Below are positions 38,317-47,229 of a stretch of 64,000 bases of DNA, one piece after another. Source of the stretch: an uncultured bacterium (lineage in GTDB: Bacteria > Krumholzibacteriota > Krumholzibacteriia > JACNKJ01); the NCBI GenBank assembly GCA_964440095.1, contig CAYTPZ010000002.1:1764-65763 (forward strand), written 5' to 3'. The notes beneath the pieces are model-generated. The model was given only the letters and a program-made list of their open reading frames with translations, was not told the origin of the DNA and searched no databases. Positions within the stretch are counted from its first letter, which is position 1; the number at the start of each line of letters is the position of its first letter. The position numbers were made by a program, and so were the translations under genes.

Positions 38317-39483
38317 ATGTCCCGAGTGCGATACGTTAAGAGTGTATCCAAAATCGAGCAGATTTCCGAAGAACACCGGGCCGCCTTGGCCAAGGTGTCC
38401 GAGCGCTATGCGTTCCGGGCCAACGACTACTATCTGAATCTGATCAACTGGGGCGACCCGCAAGATCCCATCCGCCAGATCATCATTCCCCAGGAAGGGG
38501 AGATGGAACCCTGGGGTGCGCTGGATGCCAGCAACGAGGCCGACAATTACGTGGCCCCTGGTTGCCAACACAAGTACACCGACACAGCACTGCTGCTTGT
38601 GAACGAAGTCTGTGGCGCCTACTGCCGCTTCTGTTTCCGCAAGCGCCTCTTCATGAACGACAACGAGGAAGTGGAATTCGATCCCCAGCCCGGGCTCGAA
38701 TACATCCGCAAAACGCCATCCATTTCCAATGTGCTGCTCACGGGCGGCGACCCGCTGCTGCTATCCACGCGGCGCTTGGCGACCATTATTGAAGAGCTGC
38801 GCAAGATCGAGCATGTGCGCATCATTCGCATCGGCTCGAAGATGACGGCCTTCAATCCCTTCCGCATTACCGAAGACGAGGAACTGCTGAATCTGCTCGA
38901 CCGGAACAGCACGAAGCACGGCCGCATCTACGTGATGAACCACTTCAATCATCCGCGAGAATTGACGCCGCAGGCGAAGACAGCTCTGGATAAACTGAAC
39001 AAAGCCGGCGTGATGATGGTCAACCAAACGCCCCTGCTGCGCGGCATCAACGCCGACGCCAAGGTGCTGGCCGAACTCATCAGCGAACTGAGCTGGCTGG
39101 GCGTGCCGCCTTACTACTTCTTCCAGTGTCGCCCGACCGAGGGCAACAAGCCCTACGAAATTCCCATCGTGGAAAGCTGGACGGTGCTCAATCAGGCCAT
39201 GACCTTAGTTTCGGGTCTCGCTCGCCGTGCGCGCCTGGCCATGAGTCATGCTTCGGGCAAGGTCGAGGTGCCGGCGGTGACCGACGATATTATCGTCACC
39301 CGTTACCATCGCGCGAAGAAGGCCACCAACGATGGCCGGGTCATGCTATTTCGCCGCGACGACGAAGCCTACTGGCTGGATGATCTCGTGCCCTTCGAAA
39401 ATCAGAAGCCGTCGGACTATCAGTACCGAGTGCCCATCGCCGAAGGCAGCGCCGGACGGATTCGCCCAGAGCACAACAAGTAA
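38317..39483 (+). CDS. KamA-family radical SAM protein (lysine 2,3-aminomutase-like)
   Basis: CGAYCRFCFRKR (CxxxCxxC of the KamA family); LLTGGDPLLL; family-wide similarity. Confidence 0.8.
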   Translation: MSRVRYVKSVSKIEQISEEHRAALAKVSERYAFRANDYYLNLINWGDPQDPIRQIIIPQEGEMEPWGALDASNEADNYVAPGCQHKYTDTALLLVNEVCGAYCRFCFRKRLFMNDNEEVEFDPQPGLEYIRKTPSISNVLLTGGDPLLLSTRRLATIIEELRKIEHVRIIRIGSKMTAFNPFRITEDEELLNLLDRNSTKHGRIYVMNHFNHPRELTPQAKTALDKLNKAGVMMVNQTPLLRGINADAKVLAELISELSWLGVPPYYFFQCRPTEGNKPYEIPIVESWTVLNQAMTLVSGLARRARLAMSHASGKVEVPAVTDDIIVTRYHRAKKATNDGRVMLFRRDDEAYWLDDLVPFENQKPSDYQYRVPIAEGSAGRIRPEHNK

Positions 39484-39505
39484 ACTCGTCTGACGAACAT
39501 GTTGA

Positions 39506-39534
39506 CCCCGGAGTCCTGGACTCCGGGGTTTTTT
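39506..39534 (+). terminator. Rho-independent terminator (CCCCGGAG-loop-CTCCGGGG followed by TTTTTT)
   Basis: Perfect 8-bp GC stem followed by a T6 tract, 23 nt after the stop. Confidence 0.8.
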
Positions 39535-39586
39535 CATGCCCATCCATGCGGTTGAGGTTACACTTTCAGCATAGAATGGAGATCTC

Positions 39587-39886
39587 ATGGCTACCTATAT
39601 TTTGATGACCAAGCTCTCGCCCGAACTGATGCAGGATGTGAAGCATCGCCAGGCCATCGGCCGGCACTGGCTGAAGGTGATCCAGGAGAAGTGTCCCGAA
39701 GTGAAGTTCACGGCCCACTATGCCCTGCTCGGGCCCTACGACTTCCTGGATATCTACGAGGCGCCCGACGAGGAGACGCCGACGAAGGTGTCCATGATCA
39801 GCCAAGCCCAGGGCGCGCTTCGGGCCGAAAGCTGGACCGCCATCGAATACGGTCGCTTTCTGGAGCTGATGGAAGAAATCGCCTGA
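39587..39886 (+). CDS. GYD-domain protein
   Basis: MATYILMTKL...YALLGPYDFLDIYEAPDEETPTKVSMISQAQGALRAES fits the GYD family (GxYDxxxIxEAPD). Confidence 0.7.
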   Translation: MATYILMTKLSPELMQDVKHRQAIGRHWLKVIQEKCPEVKFTAHYALLGPYDFLDIYEAPDEETPTKVSMISQAQGALRAESWTAIEYGRFLELMEEIA

Positions 39887-40116
39887 GCCGACCCTAGAGC
39901 CTGAGGACTCTTGGGTCGGTCTAGAAGTTCAGTATTCCTGCCGATCACCGTATATGAGTTTAATTTCCGAGAAGGTCGTCTCGCCTGTCGCGGTATGGCC
40001 CCAGAGGGTGGCATAGATATCGATGAGGTACTCTCCGAATCCACCATAAGAGTTGTATGCTGGCTCAAGAAGATAGCCATACAAATCCTCAGACACATGG
40101 TAAAACCATGCTGATG

Positions 40117-41443
40117 GGCGCTTCAGGGTTTCGTGTGGGTAGCGGGCCCTCATGACGTTCTCACCGATGCCGGATAGAGATCCAGCCCGCGCAGATGAAA
40201 GAGGATCGCATGGCGGAAGCGCTCTCGATTGCGGAAGCCGCAAGCCATCTTCTTGATCCATTGGATCCGCGAGTTGATGCCCTCGGCCCTGCCGTTGGTC
40301 GCTCCAAGCACGATCGCATTGAGTATGCCCTCCAGGTGCCGCTCCAACATTGCGGCCACTTCGATCACCGGCCTCAGCCCTGTCTCCTTCGCCCAGAAGA
40401 TACATTGCTGCCAAGCCTTCCTGGCCCAGCTGCGCGACGAGTAGTTCCAAAGTGACATCGCCAGCTCCTTGACCGACCAAGCTTCGGCCGTCCGAAGTGT
40501 ACTGTGGCGAAGCGACTTCATCTGCGACCACTGACCGGGGCTCATCTTCTCGGGATTGCGCAGCCAAAGGTACTTCGTTCCTGTCAGGTCACTTCGCCCC
40601 GCTTCGGTCAAGTCGCGGTGCTCTCGGCGACGGACCTTGTCGACCGCATCGCCCAAATGCTTGGCCACATGGAATTTGTCGAAGGCGATCTTCTCCTCCG
40701 CGCCTGGAACATACTTGAGAGTCGTGCCGATGTAGGCGGGCCACATGTCCATGCTCACCGACTCGAGGCCCCCAAGCTCCTCCTCGTTCAGCGTCTCGTA
40801 GAAGCCCTCCAGGCTCTCCCGTCGGCGGTCGTCGGCCACGTAGATCACATCGCCGCTGTCCTGGTCGCTGACGACCGTGACATACTCGTGCCGCTTCTGG
40901 AACGAGGTCTCGTCGATACCAATGCGCGTGAGTGGATCCAACTCCCTTCGCTCCGGACCTCGCTTGACCGCGCGCTTCTGGATGCCAGCGGCCTCGTCCC
41001 AACTCAGGGCCAGCAGGCGGCAGACACCCGACAAGCTCGTTTCCTTCATCCAGTCGATGGCCAAGGCTTCAAACAGGGCCGAAAACCGGCCGCCGGGCTC
41101 GGCCCAAGGTACTGTGATCTGGTGAACGCCATGCTCGGAGCACTCGACGCGTGGAACCTCTGCGGCGATGACCGTGTGGTACTGGCAGGTATCCAGGTGC
41201 CGCCAGCGCCGGGGGCGCGTGTCGTAGCCGGGAGAGACTTCGCCGCAGACAGGGCAGGTCAGGGGGGAGGAAGAATCCAGGTCGAGATGAACGATCACTT
41301 CGCCCGCTGGAAGTGCCAGCTCGACCTCACGTACGATCCAGGGAGGCTTGATGCCAAGGATCTGGGCATAGAGGTCTTTGTCTCGCATGCCAGGGAGAAT
41401 AGCGCTTCAGGACGGACTTACCCACACGAAACCCTGAAGCGCC
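40117..41443 (-). mobile_element. ISL3-family insertion sequence, 1327 bp, perfect 25-bp terminal inverted repeats GGCGCTTCAGGGTTTCGTGTGGGTA
   Basis: Left IR 40117-40141 equals the reverse complement of 41419-41443; a single transposase ORF sits inside. Confidence 0.85.
40150..41388 (-). CDS. ISL3-family transposase
   Basis: N-terminal zinc-finger CPVCG...C..H; DDE domain with IGIDETSF and the conserved C-terminal RFRN; 412 aa. Confidence 0.9.
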   Translation of the reverse strand: MRDKDLYAQILGIKPPWIVREVELALPAGEVIVHLDLDSSSPLTCPVCGEVSPGYDTRPRRWRHLDTCQYHTVIAAEVPRVECSEHGVHQITVPWAEPGGRFSALFEALAIDWMKETSLSGVCRLLALSWDEAAGIQKRAVKRGPERRELDPLTRIGIDETSFQKRHEYVTVVSDQDSGDVIYVADDRRRESLEGFYETLNEEELGGLESVSMDMWPAYIGTTLKYVPGAEEKIAFDKFHVAKHLGDAVDKVRRREHRDLTEAGRSDLTGTKYLWLRNPEKMSPGQWSQMKSLRHSTLRTAEAWSVKELAMSLWNYSSRSWARKAWQQCIFWAKETGLRPVIEVAAMLERHLEGILNAIVLGATNGRAEGINSRIQWIKKMACGFRNRERFRHAILFHLRGLDLYPASVRTS

Positions 41444-41464
41444 TTCTTTTGAATTGCTCCACCT

Positions 41465-42661
41465 TTATTCGTTACCCTTACAATGCAATGGTTCGGGGTG
41501 TGCACTCCGAATCATCATCATCTTTCCGGATCCCTTCCCCGCAGAGGATCCCCTTAGCCGCGAAAGGATGACACCATGAGGATGATTTCGAGAATACTGG
41601 TACTTCTGCTTGCCCTGTCCGCAATCCTGTTGCTTGTCAACTGCGGCGATACGACGGCGGGCACAACGCCCTTCGGCGCCGCCCCCCTCCTCGAGCTGTC
41701 GGCGAGCCTCGCCGACGCGTCCCGCTTCCAGGAGCACGCGGCTGCGGAGAATCGCCTCTCGCGCGATCATGCCGGGATCACCGGCGACTTCAGCGTGGTG
41801 AAGGGAGGAATCCCGCGCGGCCAGGGCGCTGTTGCGGTCGTCACGCGCCTCCGCGAGCAGGGCCCTCATGGCCCAGTAGCGCGAGTGTTTTCGGGGATCC
41901 GGGCTGCCGGCGAGGCGCTCGGCGGACTCGTCGAGCAGAACCTTGGCCCGGTCGTATTCGCCGACATCCGTCCGCAGGCCCGCGGCGACGAGCAGATAGT
42001 CGATGACCATATCCTGCCCCGGGATCTTTCCCGGGAAACCAGTGCACAGGGACTCCAGTTCGTGTAGCGCCGAAAATGCCAGGGTGGCACGCCCCATCTC
42101 GCGACCGTGCTCGATGACGGCCAGGAGCCGGTAGATCTCTTCGCCCCGCAGGCGCATGTCGGGATCGGCCTCGGCCGCCAGACGGCGAAGCGAATCGGCA
42201 GCCGCGAGATTGCCCGACAGGAGCTGGAGGTCCGCATCGGTGGCCAGGACGGCCCAATCGGTCTGGAAGTGGGGGTAGTCCTTCGCCCAGCGCTTCGCCT
42301 GTTTGATCGCCGTATCGCAGGAATCCAGGCGTCCCAGGGCCATGAAGGCGTCGGCGATGTTGAGCCAGATGCGGGGCACGTAGTGAGCCTCACCCATTTC
42401 CATGCAGAGCGCCACGGACTTCCGGTCAATTGCCAGGGTTTGGCGCGTATCTCCCAATTCCGAGAACAGTAAGGCCAGCCGGTTGAGCGCTTTGAGCCTC
42501 GTGCGGGGAAGATTCCGCTCGTGCGCCAGTTCGTCTACGCGCACGAGTATGTCGTGGGCCGCGCCGCGCCTGTTCTCTTCGGTGAGAAGCTGCGCCAGAT
42601 AGAGCAGGGTCGTAAGCTCGTAGCGTTCAAGGCCCGCCGCGCGTGTCCAGCGGACCGACAA
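41465..42661 (-). CDS. TPR-like helical-repeat protein, hypothetical; C-terminal 60 aa doubtful
   Basis: Long ORF with Ala/Leu/Arg/Glu-rich helical repeats; the last 60 aa (K/Q-rich) look like an antisense artefact. Confidence 0.4.
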   Translation of the reverse strand: MSVRWTRAAGLERYELTTLLYLAQLLTEENRRGAAHDILVRVDELAHERNLPRTRLKALNRLALLFSELGDTRQTLAIDRKSVALCMEMGEAHYVPRIWLNIADAFMALGRLDSCDTAIKQAKRWAKDYPHFQTDWAVLATDADLQLLSGNLAAADSLRRLAAEADPDMRLRGEEIYRLLAVIEHGREMGRATLAFSALHELESLCTGFPGKIPGQDMVIDYLLVAAGLRTDVGEYDRAKVLLDESAERLAGSPDPRKHSRYWAMRALLAEARDDRNSALAARDSSLHHAEVAGDPGMIAREAILRSRVLLEAGRVGEARRQLEEGGGAEGRCARRRIAAVDKQQDCGQGKQKYQYSRNHPHGVILSRLRGSSAGKGSGKMMMIRSAHPEPLHCKGNE

Positions 42662-42904
42662 TTCGGCGGCGTGGAGTGCCTGGTCCGTGCGATCCAGTTC
42701 CCAGAGGCGGTGGGTGATCTCCGACCAGATCTGAGCGCGCAGGGGCGCGCCGCCCTGCCGGGCGAGGCTGGGAAGTGCTTCCAGAAGCAGGGCGAGTCCC
42801 TGCTCCGGTTCGCCAATGCCGGACAGGGCGCGAGAGGATTTCAGGTCCAGGACGGCATTTTGCAGGGGCGACAGGTTCTGGGCTTCTTCACGCGCCCGCA
42901 GGTA

Positions 42905-43339
42905 TTAGGCCGGAGCGCCCGGTCGGCGGAAAAAGCGTCGCGCGTAAAGAAAACGTCCCACGGGCCCGGTGCTGTCGGCCAGCGCGGGAAGTGAGTAGAG
43001 ACTGTCGCGTTGGGCGGTTCTCTGGAGCAGGTGGTTGTTGCCCGAAGCAAGGTCGATCCAGAGAAAGTTTTCGGGATCCACGCGCCAGAGCGCATAGAGA
43101 CTGTCCCCCGCCTCCCGGCGTGTCTCGGGACGCTCGATGGCCGCGGCCAGCCTGTGGTAGCGAAGAAAGGCCGGCGCCAGCGGCGCGTGCGCGTCTTCAC
43201 CCCGGGCCATGGCTTCGTAGGACTCGCGGGCGAGCTTGGCGATCCGCCCTTCCAGGGGAGTCTTATCCAGCGGAGGGAGGTCGTCCTCGGGAGTTTTCGC
43301 CCGTCCGCAGCCGAGAGCATCGCCAGGCTGAACAGGCAT
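42905..43339 (-). CDS. Hypothetical protein, possibly an N-terminal fragment of the same TPR-like gene
   Basis: Same frame as 41465-42661 but separated by stop codons; plausible composition; divergent from the ECF sigma gene. Confidence 0.3.
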   Translation of the reverse strand: MPVQPGDALGCGRAKTPEDDLPPLDKTPLEGRIAKLARESYEAMARGEDAHAPLAPAFLRYHRLAAAIERPETRREAGDSLYALWRVDPENFLWIDLASGNNHLLQRTAQRDSLYSLPALADSTGPVGRFLYARRFFRRPGAPA

Positions 43340-43461
43340 GCCAAAATGATCGGTGGAAGGGTACGCATTTGCCGGAGCATAGCAGCCGAGGCTGCTGCTG
43401 TCATTTCTCCTTTATCGAACTGCGTCCATGTTTTATATTTCGAAGATAACCCAAGCAACGT

Positions 43462-44100
43462 ATGCGTATGAGAGACAATCCCGATCAAGGCCAGCAGATT
43501 CACAAGGCCCTCACCCGTTTCTTTAAGGGCGAGGAGGGGGCCGCCAATCAACTTTGTCGGCTTCTCGGGCCCAGTCTCAGCCGGGTGGCCCGAAGCCAAT
43601 TTTGTCAGGACCACGATGCGGGCGAGGACGCAATACAGGACAGCCTCATCGCCCTCCTTGCCTTTCTCAAGCGTCGCGGCATCTTCGAGGGCGACCTTCA
43701 GGCCTTCGCCAATACCGTGCTGCGCAACCGCTGCCGCGACATCCATCGTCGCCGCGGGCGTTTTCCCACCGTGCCCGTGGAGGATCGCGAGAACGAGCTG
43801 GCGACGGGTTTTTTCGATCCCCTGGATGCGATGATTCGTGAAGAACTGAGCACCGGGCTGCGCAGTGCGCTCAGGCATCTGGACGATGCCTGTCGCGATC
43901 TGATCCAGCGCTTGTTTCTGCGGGACGAGTCCGTGGAGACGCTGAGACTGGATCTGGGCCTGGGCAGCGTCCAGGCGGTCTATTTCCGCAAGGATCGTTG
44001 TCTCGAAAAGCTCAGAAAACTCTTGAATCCGGCGACTTTTGATCGTTCCCCTATTGTGAACAGTCGATTCAGCAGCCACCGGAAACCGCGGAGGCCTTAA
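43462..44100 (+). CDS. ECF-type RNA polymerase sigma-70 family factor
   Basis: Region 2 (DAIQDSLIALLAF) and region 4 HTH (RDESVETLRLDLGLGSVQAVYFRKDRCLEKLRKLL). Confidence 0.75.
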   Translation: MRMRDNPDQGQQIHKALTRFFKGEEGAANQLCRLLGPSLSRVARSQFCQDHDAGEDAIQDSLIALLAFLKRRGIFEGDLQAFANTVLRNRCRDIHRRRGRFPTVPVEDRENELATGFFDPLDAMIREELSTGLRSALRHLDDACRDLIQRLFLRDESVETLRLDLGLGSVQAVYFRKDRCLEKLRKLLNPATFDRSPIVNSRFSSHRKPRRP

Positions 44101-44105
44101 AGGGC

Positions 44106-44834
44106 ATGAACCCCACGAAGTCATTCCCTGAAAATAAAATTGAATTCGAATGCGTTGAACCCGAGCTGGGGGCGCGTCTGTCCGAGTATGCGGATCCCGG
44201 ACTGGATCCCGCCCTCCGCCTGCGTTTTGAGCAACACCTGGAGATCTGTCACGCCTGCCGCGAGCGCGTGGTTATCGAGCGGGGTCTCGGTGAAATCCTG
44301 ACCGAGGCGGATTTCGCTTCGCGTCCGCTCCGAGTCGGCCGGGTTTTTCACCTGTGGCCCGCCAGCGGCCTCGCCCTGGCCGCCGCGCTTGTCCTGGCTA
44401 TCCTGCTCCCCCCGCAAAACCTCCTGCCTGATGATCGCTATCGGGGCGACGATGACAGTTTTGTGATCACGCGACCGGTCGAAGGCGAGGTGCTCGGCAT
44501 CGACGGCGGCGCCCTGCGCTGGACGGAACTCGAAGACGCCAGCGCCTATCGCATCAGCCTGATGAGTGTGGAAGGGGAATTTCTCTGGGAGGGCGAGACG
44601 GTGACGGCCTCCCTCGATCTTCCCGCAGAAAGCGAGTTCGAGGGGGATTTCTTCGCCGCCGTGGAGCCCGTGCCGGCCGATCTCCATCCGCCGCGCGAGA
44701 CCAGCGTGGCCTTTAGGCGCGGGTCCGCCTGGCGTGTGCTCGGCTTTCGTATGGGGCATCCACATTCGGCGTCCCTGTTGACGGGAATCGCCGCGCTCGT
44801 CCTGGGTTTCGCCGCCATCCTTCGCCGGCGATGA
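44106..44834 (+). CDS. Anti-sigma factor, zinc-finger (ZAS-like) with one TM helix
   Basis: HLEICHACRERV zinc motif; TM segment LALAAALVLAILL; immediately downstream of the ECF sigma gene. Confidence 0.65.
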   Translation: MNPTKSFPENKIEFECVEPELGARLSEYADPGLDPALRLRFEQHLEICHACRERVVIERGLGEILTEADFASRPLRVGRVFHLWPASGLALAAALVLAILLPPQNLLPDDRYRGDDDSFVITRPVEGEVLGIDGGALRWTELEDASAYRISLMSVEGEFLWEGETVTASLDLPAESEFEGDFFAAVEPVPADLHPPRETSVAFRRGSAWRVLGFRMGHPHSASLLTGIAALVLGFAAILRRR

Positions 44835-44994
44835 GGCTCGCGGCCCCGCCCACGGCGTGAAGGTAGACGGCGCCGTCGATCAGGGGTGCCAGCGTTTCCT
44901 TGGGAATAGTCATTTCAGATGAAATCGCCTAGCGCCCGCGAGCCGGAAAGCACGGCTTTTGCATGAGGCACTCCTGTGCTAACGTGGGGGCCTC

Positions 44995-46374
44995 ATGGCA
45001 AAAACGAAGACAGGATATCTCTGCAAGGAGTGCGGCGCGGAATCTGCGGCATGGATGGGCAAGTGCCCCTCCTGCGGCGCCTGGGATTCCCTCACTGAAC
45101 TCAATCGAGTGATCGGCAAGCAAGCCACGCGCTCGCTCGACGGTGTGGCGCGTCGCGGCATGGATCCCGTGCCTCTCAGCGAAGTGCCGGCGGAATCGAC
45201 CAGCCGCGGAAAGAGCGGTGTGGACGAACTCGACCGCGTCCTCGGCGGCGGCTTTGTGCCCGGCTCGGTGGTGCTGGTGGGGGGTGATCCGGGCATCGGC
45301 AAGTCCACCCTGCTGCTGCAGGTGGCAAGCGCCTTGGCGGCAAAGGGCGAAACCGTCCTCTACGTTTCCGGTGAAGAGAGTCCCGGCCAGGTGCGACTTC
45401 GCGCCGAACGCTTGGGTGCGCTGGAAGAGAAGATCCTTTTCCTGGCCTCCACCGATCTGGATGAACTCCGAAACGCTACCGAAAAACTACAGCCCGGCTT
45501 GGTCATCGTGGACTCGGTGCAGACCATGGCCGACCCGGCCCAAGAGGGTGCGCCCGGTGGCGTGTCGCAACTTCGCCACGTGACCGCTCGGCTTTCGGCC
45601 CTGGCCAAAGACCGCGGTTTTCCCCTGGTGCTCATTGGACACGTGACCAAAGATGGACAGATCGCGGGCCCGCGCATCCTCGAACACATGGTGGACGCGG
45701 TGCTCTATTTCGAGGGTGAAGAACGCGGCGCGGGTCGCATCCTTCGCTCGGTAAAAAATCGATTCGGTTCCACCAACGAAGTGGCCCTCTTTGAAATGAC
45801 GGGCAAGGGTCTGGAAGCGCTGAGCGACCCTTCGGGATTTCTCGGCGGACGGCACCTGCAGGGCGAGGTGGGCAGTGCTGTCACTGTTACCTGGACCGGC
45901 ACGCGACCCCTGGCCGTGGAAGTGCAGGCGCTGGTTTCCTCGCCTCGCTACGGCACACCTGCCCGCGTGGTGCAGGGCGTGGATCACAAACGCGTAAGCC
46001 TGCTCGTGGCCGTGCTCGAAAAAAGCACGGGCATGCAGCTGGGCGGTAGCGACATCTTCGTGTCCGTGGCCGGCGGCCTGAAGCTGGACGATCCCGCCAC
46101 CGACGCGGCTCTGCTCGCCGCCCTGGCCAGCAGCTTCACGGGCAAGCCTGTGCCCGAGGCCACCGTTTTCCTCGGTGAAGTGGGCCTACGCGGCAATCTG
46201 CGTCCGGGCAGTCAGGTGGCCGATCGTTGCCGCGAAGCCGAGCGACTAGGCTTCAAGCGCGCGGTGGTGGCCAGCGAGGCCGGCGATCTGCCGCCACTGG
46301 CTCGTCGCGTTGACGGCGTGGTCGCCCTGGTCGATTTCTGCGCGGCCGAAAGCGGAAAGGGTGCGAGTCCATAA
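44995..46374 (+). CDS. radA: DNA repair protein RadA/Sms
   Basis: N-terminal C4 zinc finger CKECG...CPSCGAW; Walker A GDPGIGKST; KNRFG motif; Lon-like C-terminal domain. Confidence 0.9.
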   Translation: MAKTKTGYLCKECGAESAAWMGKCPSCGAWDSLTELNRVIGKQATRSLDGVARRGMDPVPLSEVPAESTSRGKSGVDELDRVLGGGFVPGSVVLVGGDPGIGKSTLLLQVASALAAKGETVLYVSGEESPGQVRLRAERLGALEEKILFLASTDLDELRNATEKLQPGLVIVDSVQTMADPAQEGAPGGVSQLRHVTARLSALAKDRGFPLVLIGHVTKDGQIAGPRILEHMVDAVLYFEGEERGAGRILRSVKNRFGSTNEVALFEMTGKGLEALSDPSGFLGGRHLQGEVGSAVTVTWTGTRPLAVEVQALVSSPRYGTPARVVQGVDHKRVSLLVAVLEKSTGMQLGGSDIFVSVAGGLKLDDPATDAALLAALASSFTGKPVPEATVFLGEVGLRGNLRPGSQVADRCREAERLGFKRAVVASEAGDLPPLARRVDGVVALVDFCAAESGKGASP

Positions 46375-46441
46375 TGGAAAAGGCGAAGCTTCGCGTGGGC
46401 CTCATGCTCGATTCCCTTGACCTTGAGGCTGGCAAATTCGC

Positions 46442-47173
46442 ATGATCGAGGAAATTCAGCAGTCGAATTACGCCGAGATCAGCTTTCTCATCATGAACGG
46501 CTCTGCACCCGACAAGCCCAGCTTCGCCCGGCGTTTTCGCTCCGGATGGGGCACGCGCATTTTTCGTCTCTATGTAAAAAGCGAACGCGCCTTTCTGCGC
46601 GCCCTGAACCTGGGCGGTCCCGACGCTTTCGAAACGCGCACGGCCCGGCCCCTTTTCGAAGGCGTGGAGCGCATCACCGCGAAACCCGAGCGAAAGCGCT
46701 TCTCCGACCATTTCTCTAGCGAAGATCTCGCCGCCATCAGCGAGCAGGAACTCGACGTCATCGTGCGCCTGGGCTTTCGCATTCTCAATGGCGGCATACT
46801 CGGAGCGGCGCGTCATGGTGTCTGGTCATTCCATCACGGCGACAATCAGCTTGTGTGCGGCGGCGCGCCGGGTTTTTGGGAATTGTTCCAGGGGCGCCAT
46901 CTGACCGGATCGGTGCTGCAGGTTCTCAACGAAGATCTCGACAACGGGCTCGTGCCCTGCCGTTCCTGGTCGAGCACCGACCGACTATTCCTGACCCGCA
47001 GTATGAACAATTACTATTGGAAAACCCTTTCCTTCCTGCCGCGCAAACTGAAGGAACTACATCAACGTGGCGGTGAGGCTTTCTTCCGCGGGGCCGAGGC
47101 GCTGATGAAGCCCACTCTCATTGAAGTGGATGAGGCCAGTCTCATGGCGGAGTGGATCCTGCCCACTGGCTAG
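46442..47173 (+). CDS. Formyltransferase-domain-like protein, hypothetical
   Basis: RILNGG...FHHGDNQ...LQVLNEDLDNGLV resembles the N/H/D catalytic blocks of the formyl_trans_N fold. Confidence 0.4.
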   Translation: MIEEIQQSNYAEISFLIMNGSAPDKPSFARRFRSGWGTRIFRLYVKSERAFLRALNLGGPDAFETRTARPLFEGVERITAKPERKRFSDHFSSEDLAAISEQELDVIVRLGFRILNGGILGAARHGVWSFHHGDNQLVCGGAPGFWELFQGRHLTGSVLQVLNEDLDNGLVPCRSWSSTDRLFLTRSMNNYYWKTLSFLPRKLKELHQRGGEAFFRGAEALMKPTLIEVDEASLMAEWILPTG

Positions 47174-47229
47174 TCCTCTGGCGAATCTCAGGTGAGCGTG
47201 CTAAACATTCGGGAAGGAGGCGACAGAAA

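Noticed and set aside
39929-40116. Minus-strand 60-codon peptide on the left flank of the IS, considered as the C-terminal half of a gene split by the insertion
   Set aside because: The minus-strand gene on the right flank has its own stop codon 22 bp before the IS, so the two do not join. The YPHETLKR stretch is simply the translated inverted repeat.
41576-42067. Plus-strand 163-aa ORF with a textbook lipoprotein signal peptide
   Set aside because: Beyond the signal peptide it overlaps a far longer minus-strand ORF with protein-like helical-repeat composition, and no plus-strand continuation exists for the next 1.4 kb. It is kept as an open question in the findings rather than called as a gene.
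42841-44124. 427-aa minus-strand ORF
   Set aside because: It is the antisense of the ECF sigma gene and has Pro/Arg/Thr-rich junk composition.
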